DNA from: Eledone cirrhosa
Lineage: Eukaryota
Assembly (NCBI GenBank): GCA_964016885.1
Contig: OZ024742.1
Location: 272,366,001-272,430,000 of the forward strand
Length of the DNA: 64,000 nucleotides
Direction of reading: 5' to 3'
Shown piece by piece: positions 52,730 through 64,000 of the stretch (positions are counted from its first letter, which is position 1; each line of letters opens with the position of its first letter). The position numbers were made by a program, and so were the translations under genes. Below the pieces are notes generated by a model that worked only from the letters and a program-made list of their open reading frames with translations, did no database searches and had not been told where the DNA came from.

Positions 52730-52875
52730 TAGTCAGTTTTTAGATATGCCAGCTCTGTGTTTATAGTGTTGATGGTATCAGAGCCTTGGGACATATATAT
52801 ATATATAACCTCATCAGGCGGTTAGTCAGGTCATAGATATGCCAGGTGTGTGTTTATAGTGTTGTTGAGAGCATT

Positions 52876-52878
<3 letters not shown>

Positions 52879-52937
<59 letters not shown>

Positions 52938-52988
52938 CACACACCCACCCACACACACACACACACACATACACACACACACACGCAC

Positions 52989-53019
<31 letters not shown>

Positions 53020-53026
53020 AACGTAC

Positions 53027-53057
<31 letters not shown>

Positions 53058-53058
53058 C
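52879..53058. repeat. (CA)n then (TA)n microsatellite
   Basis: Direct reading. Confidence 0.95.
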
Positions 53059-53191
53059 ATGTAAAGTTATATTTAAAATTGTTGGGTTACAACTAGTAAA
53101 TATTTATAACTGATATAAAAGCACTCGACAAATATTTGGAGTATATTTACAATATTAAATAAATGGAAAACTATATTTATAAAACCATATT

Positions 53192-53257
53192 TATTTCATT
53201 ATATATATTTCGGGGATATCATATTAACAATATGCTATGCCTTCATCAGACAAAATA
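53192..53257 (-). ncRNA. Type I hammerhead ribozyme (Naiad pLTR)
   Basis: Reverse complement of 59675-59740. Confidence 0.85.
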
Positions 53258-53611
53258 CAATATAAACAGTTTTATAGATAAATATATTCGACATACCGTA
53301 ATAAACATCAACTTCATTTGAAGAGGTTTACTCTAGCAGTGAAAATACAGAGAGAAAGAAAGAGAGAAAGAAAAGAGGGAAAAACGAAAGAAAGAAAGAC
53401 AAAACGAAGAAAAGGAAGGAAAAGAAGAAAAAGAAAAAGAAGAAATGCATGGAACAAAATAGAGAGATGGAAAAATAGATAAAGTGAAGAGCTTCATGTA
53501 AAGAGACAGAAAGATATATATATAGAGAGAGGAAATAGAGATAGATACATATATATATATAGAAAATTAGGTAGTGGGAGGTCATTTTGAGTAAGTGTAT
53601 CAATGATACAT

Positions 53612-53642
<31 letters not shown>

Positions 53643-54769
53643 GCTCAAGTATTAATGTAAGGGAGATATATAGAGAGATATAGAGAGATATAGAGAGAGA
53701 AAAAAATTTAAAAATATCCAGACATATTCGAGGCGTAGAAAACCCTATGTTTTAATGTATTAGTATTTATAAAACTTACACTACACTGTAAGTATCAGTA
53801 TTCCTGAATGAAACAAGTATTCACAATGTGTGAAAATTCATTATCTTATGTTTAGTTTTAAAAAATTCATATGTCTATGTGACAGCTACAAATCTCAATG
53901 TGAATCCAACTGATTCACTCCGCAAACTCTAAGTTATCGGAAAACATTCTCAATGTGGTATAAAAATTTGAGCGTATTATTATTCTTGCGATTACTCTAC
54001 AAGATTATCTATCAAGCAGAATTAGAGAGCAGATTTCAATATACTAATCGAAAATATATATTATATTATAAACATAATAATAAGTAAAAATATAGAATAC
54101 AAAACTAAAAGAATATTACGAAAGAATATTACATAATAAAAATATTGCATATTAAAAATACTACGTATTAAAGATTTACATATAAAAATTTACATATAAA
54201 AATATACATATAAAAATTTACATATAAAAATTTACATATAAAAATATATAAAAATATTTAAAAAAATAAATAAAATAAAAATAAAAATATTATAGAATAC
54301 TACAATACTAAAAGAATAAAAGTAAAAATAAAAATAAAAATAAAAATAAAAATAAAAATGAAAATAAAAATAAACCACAAAAAAAATAAACCACAAAAAA
54401 AACAACAAAAAAAAACAACCCTTCAAAGTTAATTGACAATATATTGCCACGTTCACTACAAGACAAAGCCAAAAATGATCTATCAAATCACATCTAGCAA
54501 AGAATATCGTAAAAAGATTATGATGTCCAATTATGTCTACATATGTTCCTATGTTTAATATAGAAGTTTATCTAGTGTAAGGTTAATTCAAAAAATTTGG
54601 AGCATCGGCTTTTAGGGTAGCTTAATTTTTCATGAGGAATGTTTAGATAAAAATAAAAATAAATAAAATAAAATAAACAATAAAAAGAGTAAAACGAGGG
54701 AATCAAAGATTTAGGAATCAAAAGATTTATCGGCTAGTTCTCATATAAATATAAATCAAACTAAATATA

Positions 54770-56644
54770 CTACATTTTAAATTTAAATTTATATTTAAAC
54801 GTTGAGTTTAATCTATGTTTGCAACAACTGAATAAATTTGTCCGTAGGTTAAGGGAGTTTTTAGATTTTAGTATAAAGAATATCTCCTCTGCACAGAGGT
54901 CACATGTCTCAGAGGATGAATTAAAAGGAATCCCTCTTGAGACTATATTCCAAGCCGTCGAATATCTAACGTTATCTAGCTTAAGTTGCCAGAGTACCCC
55001 TGATAGTGCCGTTGAAGATTTTTTATTTGGATCTGTGAAAGAATTCTTGTGGTTATTATAGCGAAGTTTAAATTCCGTCGATGTGGAACCGACGTAGTTA
55101 AAAGAATTAGAGTCAGTATTAACATTACAATTGTATACTATATTTTTAACTAAGCAGTTGTTATTTAACGGACATTTAGATCTATCTCTACAGTTACATT
55201 TGTTAACTTGTATATTATGTATGCTATTATCAGTAGGTTTTAAGTTCCTATTATTTATTCTATTAATATTTTGTGCTAAATTTTTGGTGGATGAGTAGGT
55301 TAATTTAATTGTATGCCTATTGAAGATTGAGTGATACCTATGTGTTCTAGGGAAGCGATTATCAAGAGCTTTGAAAAATAATTTAGCGATGTGGGTTTTA
55401 ATGTTTAGTGAGAAAGGGGGGGCAAACCAAATTATGTTCCTAGTTCTATTTCTTTTTTGTCCTTTGGAATTATTGTAATGCTTTCTATTATAGTTGTTAA
55501 TGTTGTTGCCGTAATTAAAAAAGTTGTTACTTTGTTTAGTTTGTCTATCATTATCTATGTATACAATCTTATCAGCATACCCTGCCCTAGCTAGTGCATC
55601 ATTATAGTATTGGGCCTTTTCGTCAAAAATCTTTCTATTCGACGAGATCCTAGAGATACGTTTTTGGACTGAGTTTACTATAGTGTTTTTGACAGATCTG
55701 GGGTGGTTAGAGTTAAAGTTGACATAGTTTAAGTTTTCATTCAACTTGTGAAAAGGATAGTGGAGACATGTGTTGAGATTTAATGTTATATCTAGGAAAT
55801 TGACTATTCTATGGTTGTTCTCAATTTCTATTTTAAGGTTAAAGTAATTAAAACATTTTGTAATTTGTTTACATTTTCTATTTAGTTCAGGGTTATTATT
55901 ATTAATAAGTAAAAGCATGTCATCCCTATATAAACCTCCGGTAGTACCAGGTATTTTCCTATGTAGCGAATTGATTAAAAATAAGCCCACAAGGTCAGTT
56001 ACCTGAGCTGAGTCGGAAGATCCCATAGTTATGTCAAAATTGCTATCTCTATCTGCTCTAGTCCATAATTTGTCATTAAATTCTATCAGAGTTTTCCTAG
56101 CCGATAATATAATATGCATTTCTTTGCTAGTTAGGTGCGTATGTTTGAATGCGTAATTTAGTGCCCTATTTAGTAGACTAGGGGTAATAGAAGAATAATA
56201 GTTAGCTATATCAAGTTGAATAAACCTATTATTATTGTCATATTTAATTTGCCTAAACCACTCAACAACCTCTCCAGTTCCCTTCCACAAGCTCAGGTTA
56301 GATACACAATCCAAGTTCTTAATTTGCAGTATCACCCTGTCAAGAATGCTTTTACTTAATTTTCCCAGGTCCGATTTTGAAGGTGCGATCAATCTCACTG
56401 GCAGGTCATTTTCAAAATTGCTCTTGTGGTCCTTCATATTGATCTTCGGTTTCCTGGGCACGAAAGGTTGTGTTCTGTTCTCAATTTCCAACTCATGCAT
56501 TATACAAGATGCTTCAACATTCATTTTCTCAAGTTCGGCCTTATCTGCTACCTTGTATTTTTTCCTCAGCTCTTTCAGTATGAGGCCATTATACATGTCT
56601 TTCCGCACTCCATAGAGGTTGTTGGTCTTGTCAGATTTCACCAA
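54770..56644 (-). CDS. PLE (Naiad-type) reverse transcriptase + GIY-YIG endonuclease, N-terminally truncated but open
   Basis: KSDKT, QLDIANYYSSI, DITMGS.DSA, GLYRDD, NFLDITL, SNHP, WF.PPFS; CNCR...CPL...C, IVY/YVG, FK.RYNNHK.SF, TALS, CDLC..E, LN.R...CKH (Naiad-type endonuclease signature). Confidence 0.88.
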   Translation of the reverse strand: MVKSDKTNNLYGVRKDMYNGLILKELRKKYKVADKAELEKMNVEASCIMHELEIENRTQPFVPRKPKINMKDHKSNFENDLPVRLIAPSKSDLGKLSKSILDRVILQIKNLDCVSNLSLWKGTGEVVEWFRQIKYDNNNRFIQLDIANYYSSITPSLLNRALNYAFKHTHLTSKEMHIILSARKTLIEFNDKLWTRADRDSNFDITMGSSDSAQVTDLVGLFLINSLHRKIPGTTGGLYRDDMLLLINNNNPELNRKCKQITKCFNYFNLKIEIENNHRIVNFLDITLNLNTCLHYPFHKLNENLNYVNFNSNHPRSVKNTIVNSVQKRISRISSNRKIFDEKAQYYNDALARAGYADKIVYIDNDRQTKQSNNFFNYGNNINNYNRKHYNNSKGQKRNRTRNIIWFAPPFSLNIKTHIAKLFFKALDNRFPRTHRYHSIFNRHTIKLTYSSTKNLAQNINRINNRNLKPTDNSIHNIQVNKCNCRDRSKCPLNNNCLVKNIVYNCNVNTDSNSFNYVGSTSTEFKLRYNNHKNSFTDPNKKSSTALSGVLWQLKLDNVRYSTAWNIVSRGIPFNSSSETCDLCAEEIFFILKSKNSLNLRTNLFSCCKHRLNSTFKYKFKFKM

Positions 56645-56664
56645 GATCTTCTCAGTTTTCTCTA

Positions 56665-58149
56665 AGGCAAATTAAATATGACAATAATAATAGGTTTATT
56701 CAACTTGATATAGCTAACTATTATTCTTCTATTACCCCTAGTCTACTAAATAGGGCACTAAATTACGCATTCAAACATACGGACTTAACTAGCAAAGAAA
56801 TGCATATTATATTATCGGCTAGGAAAACTCTGATAGAATTTAATGACAAATTATGGACTAGAGCAGATAGAGATAGCAATTTTGACATAACTATGGGATC
56901 TTCCGACTCAGCTCAGGTAACTGACCTTGTGGGCTTATTTTTAATCAATTCGCTACATAGGAAAATACCTGGTACTACCGGAGGTTTATATAGGGATGAC
57001 ATGCTTTTACTTATTAATAATAATAACCCTGAACTAAATAGAAAATGTAAACAAATTACAAAATTTTTTAATTACTTTAACCTTAAAATAGAAATTGAGA
57101 ACAACCATAGAATAGTCAATTTCCTAGATATAACATTAAATCTCAACACATGTCTCCACTATCCTTTTCACAAGTTGAATGAAAACTTAAACTATGTCAA
57201 CTTTAACTCTAACCACCCCAGATCTGTCAAAAACACTATAGTAAACTCAGTCCAAAAACGTATCTCTAGGATCTCGTCGAATAGAAAGATTTTTGACGAA
57301 AAGGCCCAATACTATAATGATGCACTAGCTAGGGCAGGGTATGCTGATAAGATTGTATACATAGATAATGATAGACAAACTAAACAAAGTAACAACTTTT
57401 TTAATTACGGCAACAACATTAACAACTATAATAGAAAGCATTACAATAATTCCAAAGGACAAAAAAGAAATAGAACTAGGAACATAATTTGGTTTGCCCC
57501 CCCTTTCTCACTAAACATTAAAACCCACATCGCTAAATTATTTTTCAAAGCTCTTGATAATCGCTTCCCTAGAACACATAGGTATCACTCAATCTTCAAT
57601 AGGCATACAATTAAATTAACCTACTCATCCACCAAAAATTTAGCACAAAATATTAATAGAATAAATAATAGGAACTTAAAACCTACTGATAATAGCATAA
57701 ATAATATACAAGTTAACAAATGTAACTGTAGAGATAGATCTAAATGTCCGTTAAATAACAACTGCTTAGTTAAAAATATAGTATACAATTGTAATGTTAA
57801 TACTGACTCTAATTCTTTTAACTACGTCGGTTCCACATCGACGGAATTTAAACTTCGCTATAATAACCACAAGAATTCTTTCACAGATCCAAATAAAAAA
57901 TCTTCAACGGCACTATCAGGGGTACTCTGGCAACTTAAGCTAGATAACGTTAGATATTCGACGGCTTGGAATATAGTCTCAAGAGGGATTCCTTTTAATT
58001 CATCCTCTGAGACATGTGACCTCTGTGCAGAGGAGATATTCTTTATACTAAAATCTAAAAACTCCCTTAACCTACGGACAAATTTATTCAGTTGTTGCAA
58101 ACATAGATTAAACTCAACGTTTAAATATAAATTTAAATTTAAAATGTAG
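56665..58149 (+). CDS. Truncated Naiad RT-GIY-YIG reading frame (first ATG at 56800)
   Basis: Protein nearly identical to the C-terminal part of 54770-56644 (e.g. KCF/KFF, SIH/SIN). Confidence 0.8.
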   Translation, partial: RQIKYDNNNRFIQLDIANYYSSITPSLLNRALNYAFKHTDLTSKEMHIILSARKTLIEFNDKLWTRADRDSNFDITMGSSDSAQVTDLVGLFLINSLHRKIPGTTGGLYRDDMLLLINNNNPELNRKCKQITKFFNYFNLKIEIENNHRIVNFLDITLNLNTCLHYPFHKLNENLNYVNFNSNHPRSVKNTIVNSVQKRISRISSNRKIFDEKAQYYNDALARAGYADKIVYIDNDRQTKQSNNFFNYGNNINNYNRKHYNNSKGQKRNRTRNIIWFAPPFSLNIKTHIAKLFFKALDNRFPRTHRYHSIFNRHTIKLTYSSTKNLAQNINRINNRNLKPTDNSINNIQVNKCNCRDRSKCPLNNNCLVKNIVYNCNVNTDSNSFNYVGSTSTEFKLRYNNHKNSFTDPNKKSSTALSGVLWQLKLDNVRYSTAWNIVSRGIPFNSSSETCDLCAEEIFFILKSKNSLNLRTNLFSCCKHRLNSTFKYKFKFKM

Positions 58150-59279
58150 TATATTTAGTTTGATTTATATTTATATGAGAACTAGCCGATAAATCTTTTG
58201 ATTCCTAAATCTTTGATTCCCTCGTTTTACTCTTTTTATTGTTTATTTTATTTTATTTATTTTTATTTTTATCTAAACATTCCTCATGAAAAATTAAGCT
58301 AACCTAAAAGCCGATGCTCCAAATTTTTTGAATTAACCTTACACTAGATAAACTTCTATATTAAACATAGGAACATATGTAGACATAATTGGACATCATA
58401 ATCTTTTTACGATATTCTTTGCTAGATGTGATTTGATAGATCATTTTTGGCTTTGTCTTGTAGTGAACGTGGCAATATATTGTCAATTAACTTTGAAGGG
58501 TTGTTTTTTTTTTTTTTTTTTGTGGTTTATTTTTTTTGTGGTTTATTTTTATTTTCATTTTTATTTTTATTTTTATTTTTATTTTTATTTTTATTTTTAC
58601 TTTTATTCTTTTAGTATTGTAGTATTCTATAATATTTTTATTTTTATTTTATTTATTTTTTTAAATATTTTTATATATTTTTATATGTAAATTTTTATAT
58701 GTAAATTTTTATATGTATATTTTTATATGTAAATTTTTATATGTAAATCTTTAATACGTAGTATTTTTAATATGCAATATTTTTATTATGTAATATTCTT
58801 TCGTAATATTTTTTTAGTTTTCTATTCTATATTTTTACTTATTATTATGTTTATAATATAATATATATTTTCGATTAGTATATTGAAATCTGCTCTCTAT
58901 TTCTGCTTGATAGATAATCTTGTAGAGTAATCGCAAGAATAATAATACGCTCAAATTTTTATACCACATTGAGAATGTTTTCCGATAACTTAGAGTTTGC
59001 GGAGTGAATCAGTTGGATTCACATTGAGATTTGTAGCTGTCACATAGACATATGAATTTTTTAAAACTAAACATAAGATAATGAATTTTCACACATTGTG
59101 AATACTTGTTTCATTCAGGAATACTGATATTTACAGTGTAGTGTAAGTTTTATAAATACTAATACATTAAAACATAGGGTTTTCTACGCCTCGAATATGT
59201 CTGGATATTTTTAAATTTTTTTCTCTCTCTATATCTCTCTATATCTCTCTATATATCTCCCTTACATTAATACTTGAGC

Positions 59280-59314
<35 letters not shown>

Positions 59315-59674
59315 ATGTATCATTGATACACTTACTCAAAATGACCTCCCACTACCTAATTTTCTATATATATATATGTATCTATCTCTATTTCCTCTCT
59401 CTATATATATATATATATCTTTCTGTCTCTTTACATGAAGCTCTTCACTTTATCTATTTTTCCATCTCTCTATTTTGTTCCATGCATTTCTTCTTTTTCT
59501 TTTTCTTCTTTTTCTTCCTTTTCTTCGTTTTGTCTTTCTTTCTTTCGTTTTTCCCTCTTTTCTTTCTCTCTTTCTTTCTCTCTGTATTTTCACTGCTAGA
59601 GTAAACCTCTTCAAATGAAGTTGATGTTTATTACGGTATGTCGAATATATTTATCTATAAAACTGTTTATATTG

Positions 59675-59740
59675 TATTTTGTCTGATGAAGGCATAGCAT
59701 ATTGTTAATATGATATCCCCGAAATATATATAATGAAATA
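59675..59740 (+). ncRNA. Type I hammerhead ribozyme (Naiad pLTR)
   Basis: TATTTTGT-CTGATGA-AGGCATAGCATATT-gtt-AATATGATATCCCC-GAAA-TATATA-TA-ATGAAATA; overlapping AATAAA. Confidence 0.85.
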
Positions 59741-60329
59741 AATATGGTTTTATAAATATAGTTTTCCATTTATTTAATATTGTATATATATATATCCATC
59801 ATCGAATACCACGAGCGTGCCTGTTACGTATGTTGGATATATGTTTGATTTCGGATTCATAGAAACACTTTTTAAACTTTTATCGCTTGATTTGTCCAGG
59901 TGTATCTTTTTAACCTGTTAGTTTTTTCGTTGCTCTGTTATTTGGTATTTGTCAAGCTATTTAAACGTATGTTATTACTCTAAGGAGTATTTTATTACCC
60001 CTATTGAGTGCTTTGCTAACTCATTCATATTGTAGGTCGACTTTGCTTGCCCACGGCCAAATGATATTAAATAAATAGAACTATACTTATAAATCCTTAT
60101 TTATTTTAACCAAGATAACATTGGTACGATTTCATCAGATCAAATACAAAGTTTGTTTCATAATTAGAGACCTACCCATGAAAATCGTACCTTATCGGTT
60201 GGAAATTCACTGGGAAGTGGAAATATATTAATGATTATTCAAACTTATGTGTGAATATGCAAATGAATATGTAAATAATTGAAAAACAACCGTTTATTTA
60301 AATTACACTGGAGAAAGAGAGAAAGGGTT

Positions 60330-63300
60330 TACATAAAGTAGACATTAAGGACAATACAGGACAATACAGGACCGTACAAATGGGCATTTCTGCGTGTACA
60401 AAAACAAAAACAGAGGATGTAACAAAAAATAACAATGAACAATTATCCAATACGGGGGAGACTTACGAGGGACATTCGTGGAGAAAGCCCATTAAAAAGC
60501 CACAGTGACCCTGATCACCAGGGCAAGTGCCCTCTCCCAGTTTTCCGCCTTTAATTTACAGACACATACTCAGAGTAGACCCACTCACTCGGGCCATTCT
60601 TGCCTCTCTCACCCATCTTTCAACAAAATGCTGGAAAGAGAGCACTTCCCTCTCTGCCCTGATTTTCCTTTTCAATTGAAATTTGAAAAAGTTAATCAGA
60701 GCATCACCGAAGAGGTAAGTGCTCGTCTTCCGCCCTTTCAAATGTGTCCACCATACTATCATTTTCGCCATGACCACCAGGCAGATAAAAACTGCCTGCC
60801 CTTCCCCGATAAAGTAAGAGGGCGGGGCAATCCTCACGATGGACTCAGCTGATAGCTGGATCCGTTCTACACGCGACAGCAGGTGTTCGACATAAACCCA
60901 CAAGTCAACAATGCTCGGACACTGGACGAGTGCGTGCAGTACGGTTTCGTCGCCCTGCGCCCATCTCGGACATGTCCGACTGATGGCACCTCGATGCCTG
61001 TAGAATTTATCCCGAACTGGCAAAGCATCTCGGTAGCAATGCCAGGCCAGGCATTTCTGGAAGCTGTCCAAAGGCCCGACCCGAAAGCTCTTCCTAAGAG
61101 ATGGGCTAGTTGATTTTCGTCGACGCCTAGAAATTCCCCAAGTACGTCGTAGCTCTTCCCCTCCACTAATCCTCTAGAGAACGCCAAGGTGGAGTTTCCA
61201 CCGATCACGTTTCCCAATTGGCCTAGGGCTGTGAGCGCCTGAAGACATTCCAGTCTCCAAGCGCTCCCTCTCGGTCTTCGCTTGACCCAGGACTGCAGCT
61301 CCGTCAAGGAGACGAGCTGGGGAAAGACGCGTCTAGCAAACGGCGACCACACCTGATCACCGTTGAGGAAGAGGTGGAGATGTCGTAGCCTGAGCGCGTG
61401 TCTGCGCATCATAAGTAAAGCCATGCCCAGCCCTACACGTAGCGGGTGTTGGCAGCAGTTGGACCGCCTGACCATCGGAGCGCGTCCCTTCCACAAAAAG
61501 TGAAAAAGCAAACGCTCCAGCGCAGTCAGGCGGGGCATCGGACAAGGTACGACGGTCAGGATGTAGTAGGTGACGGAGGCTATGTACGCGTTAACTTCCT
61601 CTCTGCCCATTTCAGGATGAAAGAAGACACCCTGCTCGTCACCTCGTCCCAGATTTGTCCGTCTGGAGGTCCGGACCGAACCAGGCCCCTAGCAATTTAA
61701 CCGGTCCGTCCTTCCAGTGCCCGAGGACGCTGTTGGACGGCATGGACTTGCCTCTCCAGGTGCCGAGCTTCAGGCCCACTGACTTTTCCTGGTTGATCAT
61801 TGCTCCTGTCACCGCTCCGTATTCACTTAGTGTAGTTTTGATCGCCTCGATGTGTTTGGCGTTCGACACCCTACGGTGACATCGTCCGCATATGCTAACA
61901 CGGATCTTCCGCATCCTAGTTCGCGCGGGACCCCATTCAACGTATCCAGTCTATGCAGTAATGGCTCGAGAGTCAATACGTACAAGAGGACCGAGAGGGG
62001 ACATCCTTGGCGGACCGAACGCATCATGTTGAACGGTTCCGAAAGGTGACCGTTCACTCTCACCACAGAGCAGATGTCGCTGTGCATGGCAGCAATCCAG
62101 CCACTGAAGACGGCGGGCCCAAAGCCAGCCGCCCTCAGGACTGCTGGTAGGTAACGATGGTCGACCCTATCGAAAGCTTGTGACTGCTCTAAATTGATCA
62201 AGGACCCACCCGTGTCAGGTCCCCTAGTTATCCTCTCCACGATGTATCGCATGCGGTGGAGGTAGTCGTGGATGGATCTGTCGGGAATGGCGCATGTCTG
62301 CACCTCTCCCACCTGACCTCCAACGACAAGGGCCAACCTTTTTGCTAGCACCTTGGCCAAAATCTTGAACTTTGTGTTTAGCAGAGTTATGGGCCTGAAA
62401 TTATCTATGTTATCCCCCTTGTTCGGATCCTTTCTCAGCTGCGCCACCGCTCCTCGTCTCACAGAGCTGGGAATTCTCCCGTTCTGTTGCCAGCTGCAGT
62501 AGACGTCCGCCAAGAGGCCTCCGTTCAAGTCTTGCATCTGTACGTAAAGTTCATAGGACCGACCTTCCTAACCAGGCGATTTACCCCTTGTGCAGCCAGT
62601 CATTGCCTCACGTACTTCAGCGGCTGTTATCGGCTGTTTGCAACACCTCGACTCAGTGGCCGAGACCCGCGGCAGTCCGTCGTGGTAGACACTAAAGTCC
62701 ATCCCTCGACCCGGCCCGCCGCTGCCCCCGAACATATGAGCGAAGTGTCGCTGAAAAGCTTCACACATTTCCTGGGATCGAGTAACATGCGCCCGTCGTG
62801 GTCCACCAAATACGGGATCGTGGATTTATTGCCACGACGCGCCTCCGCCACTCGGGCCCATTACACCTAATTGACTGTATTCGAATCGCTCTTTATAGAG
62901 CAAACACCCACTTGTTTTTGACGATGGCCCCCGTCAACGCCCGATTAACTAGTTCGCTAATCCGGTCTCCGTAGGACTTGCGCGCTGGTAAGGACGCATT
63001 TAGCTTCCGGTAGCCGAGTCATCGTATATGAAGCCTATGTGAAGGACACAGATCAGACATTTGTGGTCCGTGTAGCTCTACTATCTTTAATTGTGCACAG
63101 CCTATGCTAGACCTATCTATTTCCCTACAAAATGCTCTAACCAGATATGATCTGGATGACCCAATCCGATTTGTCCAAGTCCACATTGGCACATTCGGGA
63201 AATCCAATCGGTACCTGTCAGACAGTTTAAAACGCCTGAGCAGGTTGCTGAGGCTCTTGCACCCTCCACCCATATCCGTTAATCCCACACGGTCCCAGCG

Positions 63301-64000
63301 TGCATCTAAGATCCCGTTCCAGTCACCAACTAACACTAAAGAACGGGACGTTCTAAGAAAGTTCTCCAGACGCCAGATTAAATCAGGCCGCCCTTCTCCT
63401 GTCGGCGTATAGATGGCCACTAGCCTGAAAGCTTGCCCATCTCCGCTGGTCACGTTCAGCACCACCAACTTACCTTCTGGGTCCAGGAAGATGGCCCGTA
63501 TGACGAGATCCAAACCTCTCTGAAAAAGCACAGCAGCTACTCCTCCCGATTCCGGACGGCTGGTAATGCGTACACATCGTAGCCGCCGAAGATGGGGGCG
63601 AAGGCCCGTGCTTCGGAGATTCTGGTCTCGCTGATGGCCACTACATCTATGTTTAGTGACCTGAGGTCATTGAGCATATGGCCCTGCTTCCATGACGTCC
63701 ACAAGCCACGCGCATTTATGCTGCCTATTCTGAGTGAGGTCATGTTGAAATGGAGTGGAAAAGATAGGAAGACCACTTACCTTACTTCTCGTAGAGGAAG
63801 GATGGTTTCGTCATTCTTTGCACTGCTTGTGGCCTCCTCCGGAAGGATGTCTTTATAAATCCTCCTGGAGAGCGCTTGTCGGAAGTCTCCGATGTCTCTG
63901 GGGGTATTTTTGTTTTAGTGTCGTGTACGATTTCTATGTGATGCGAGTGATTTGTATGTGTGGAGGTGGTGTGAACTTTTGGGGTGTTGTGTAGTCTTTA
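60330..64000 (-). mobile_element. L1/Tx1-clade LINE, degenerate ORF2 (APE endonuclease + RT + zinc finger), runs off the window
   Basis: SLRIGSINARGL, ISETR, VGDWN, KSPG, NFRPITLLN, AFDRVDH, VRQGCPLS, AYADD, CPRW...H...C; same 3' UTR as 24800-25050. Confidence 0.9.

Larger units (their letters stand above)
53062..56664 (-). mobile_element. Naiad-clade Penelope-like element, 5'-truncated, young
   Basis: Uninterrupted RT-GIY-YIG ORF, about 1.6-kb AT-rich 3' UTR with HHR, ends next to (TA)n. Confidence 0.88.
56665..59784 (+). mobile_element. Inverted, further-truncated copy of the same Naiad element (head-to-head)
   Basis: Reverse complement of 53148-56254 with only a few substitutions and repeat-length differences; ends in (TA)n. 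Confidence 0.92.

Noticed and set aside
54770-59700. Selenoprotein-type Naiad (in-frame UGA plus SECIS)
   Set aside because: Both ORFs are open, with ordinary Cys at the zinc-binding positions. The one AUGA...AA...GA candidate near 58286 does not form a proper helix.
60123-60191. CTGATGA (minus strand) within a 10-bp inverted repeat
   Set aside because: No correctly placed stem II and GAAA; only a short hairpin

Overview
AT-rich eukaryotic (animal) intergenic or intronic DNA, most likely an octopus or other cephalopod. That assignment is an inference from the dense (TA)n/(CA)n/(ATT)n microsatellites and a tRNA-derived SINE I recall from octopus genomes. I found no host gene and no prokaryotic features. 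The window is a nest of retroelements: Penelope-like elements (PLEs; RT + GIY-YIG) of several clades, R4/Dong-type RLE LINEs stacked in (TAA)n repeats, L1/Tx1 LINEs, single RTE and CRE fragments, eight SINE copies and a probable Helitron. The PLEs include a young Naiad-type element that forms a 3.1-kb-arm inverted repeat. The strongest unannotated signal is about 14 recognisable minimal type I hammerhead ribozyme (HHR) motifs, plus about 4 degenerate ones, from about 8 sequence families. Three families sit in non-coding 320-440-bp units built as monomer + partial tandem copy + inverted copy, i.e. retrozyme-like mini-PLEs. Other notable items are a C.C mismatch at the same stem II position in three HHRs, an array of paired ACTAAC motifs in a PLE 3' UTR, a fold-back palindrome at a PLE 5' junction, and a multi-switch templated insertion. 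All structures were read by eye, so coordinates of degenerate elements are approximate.
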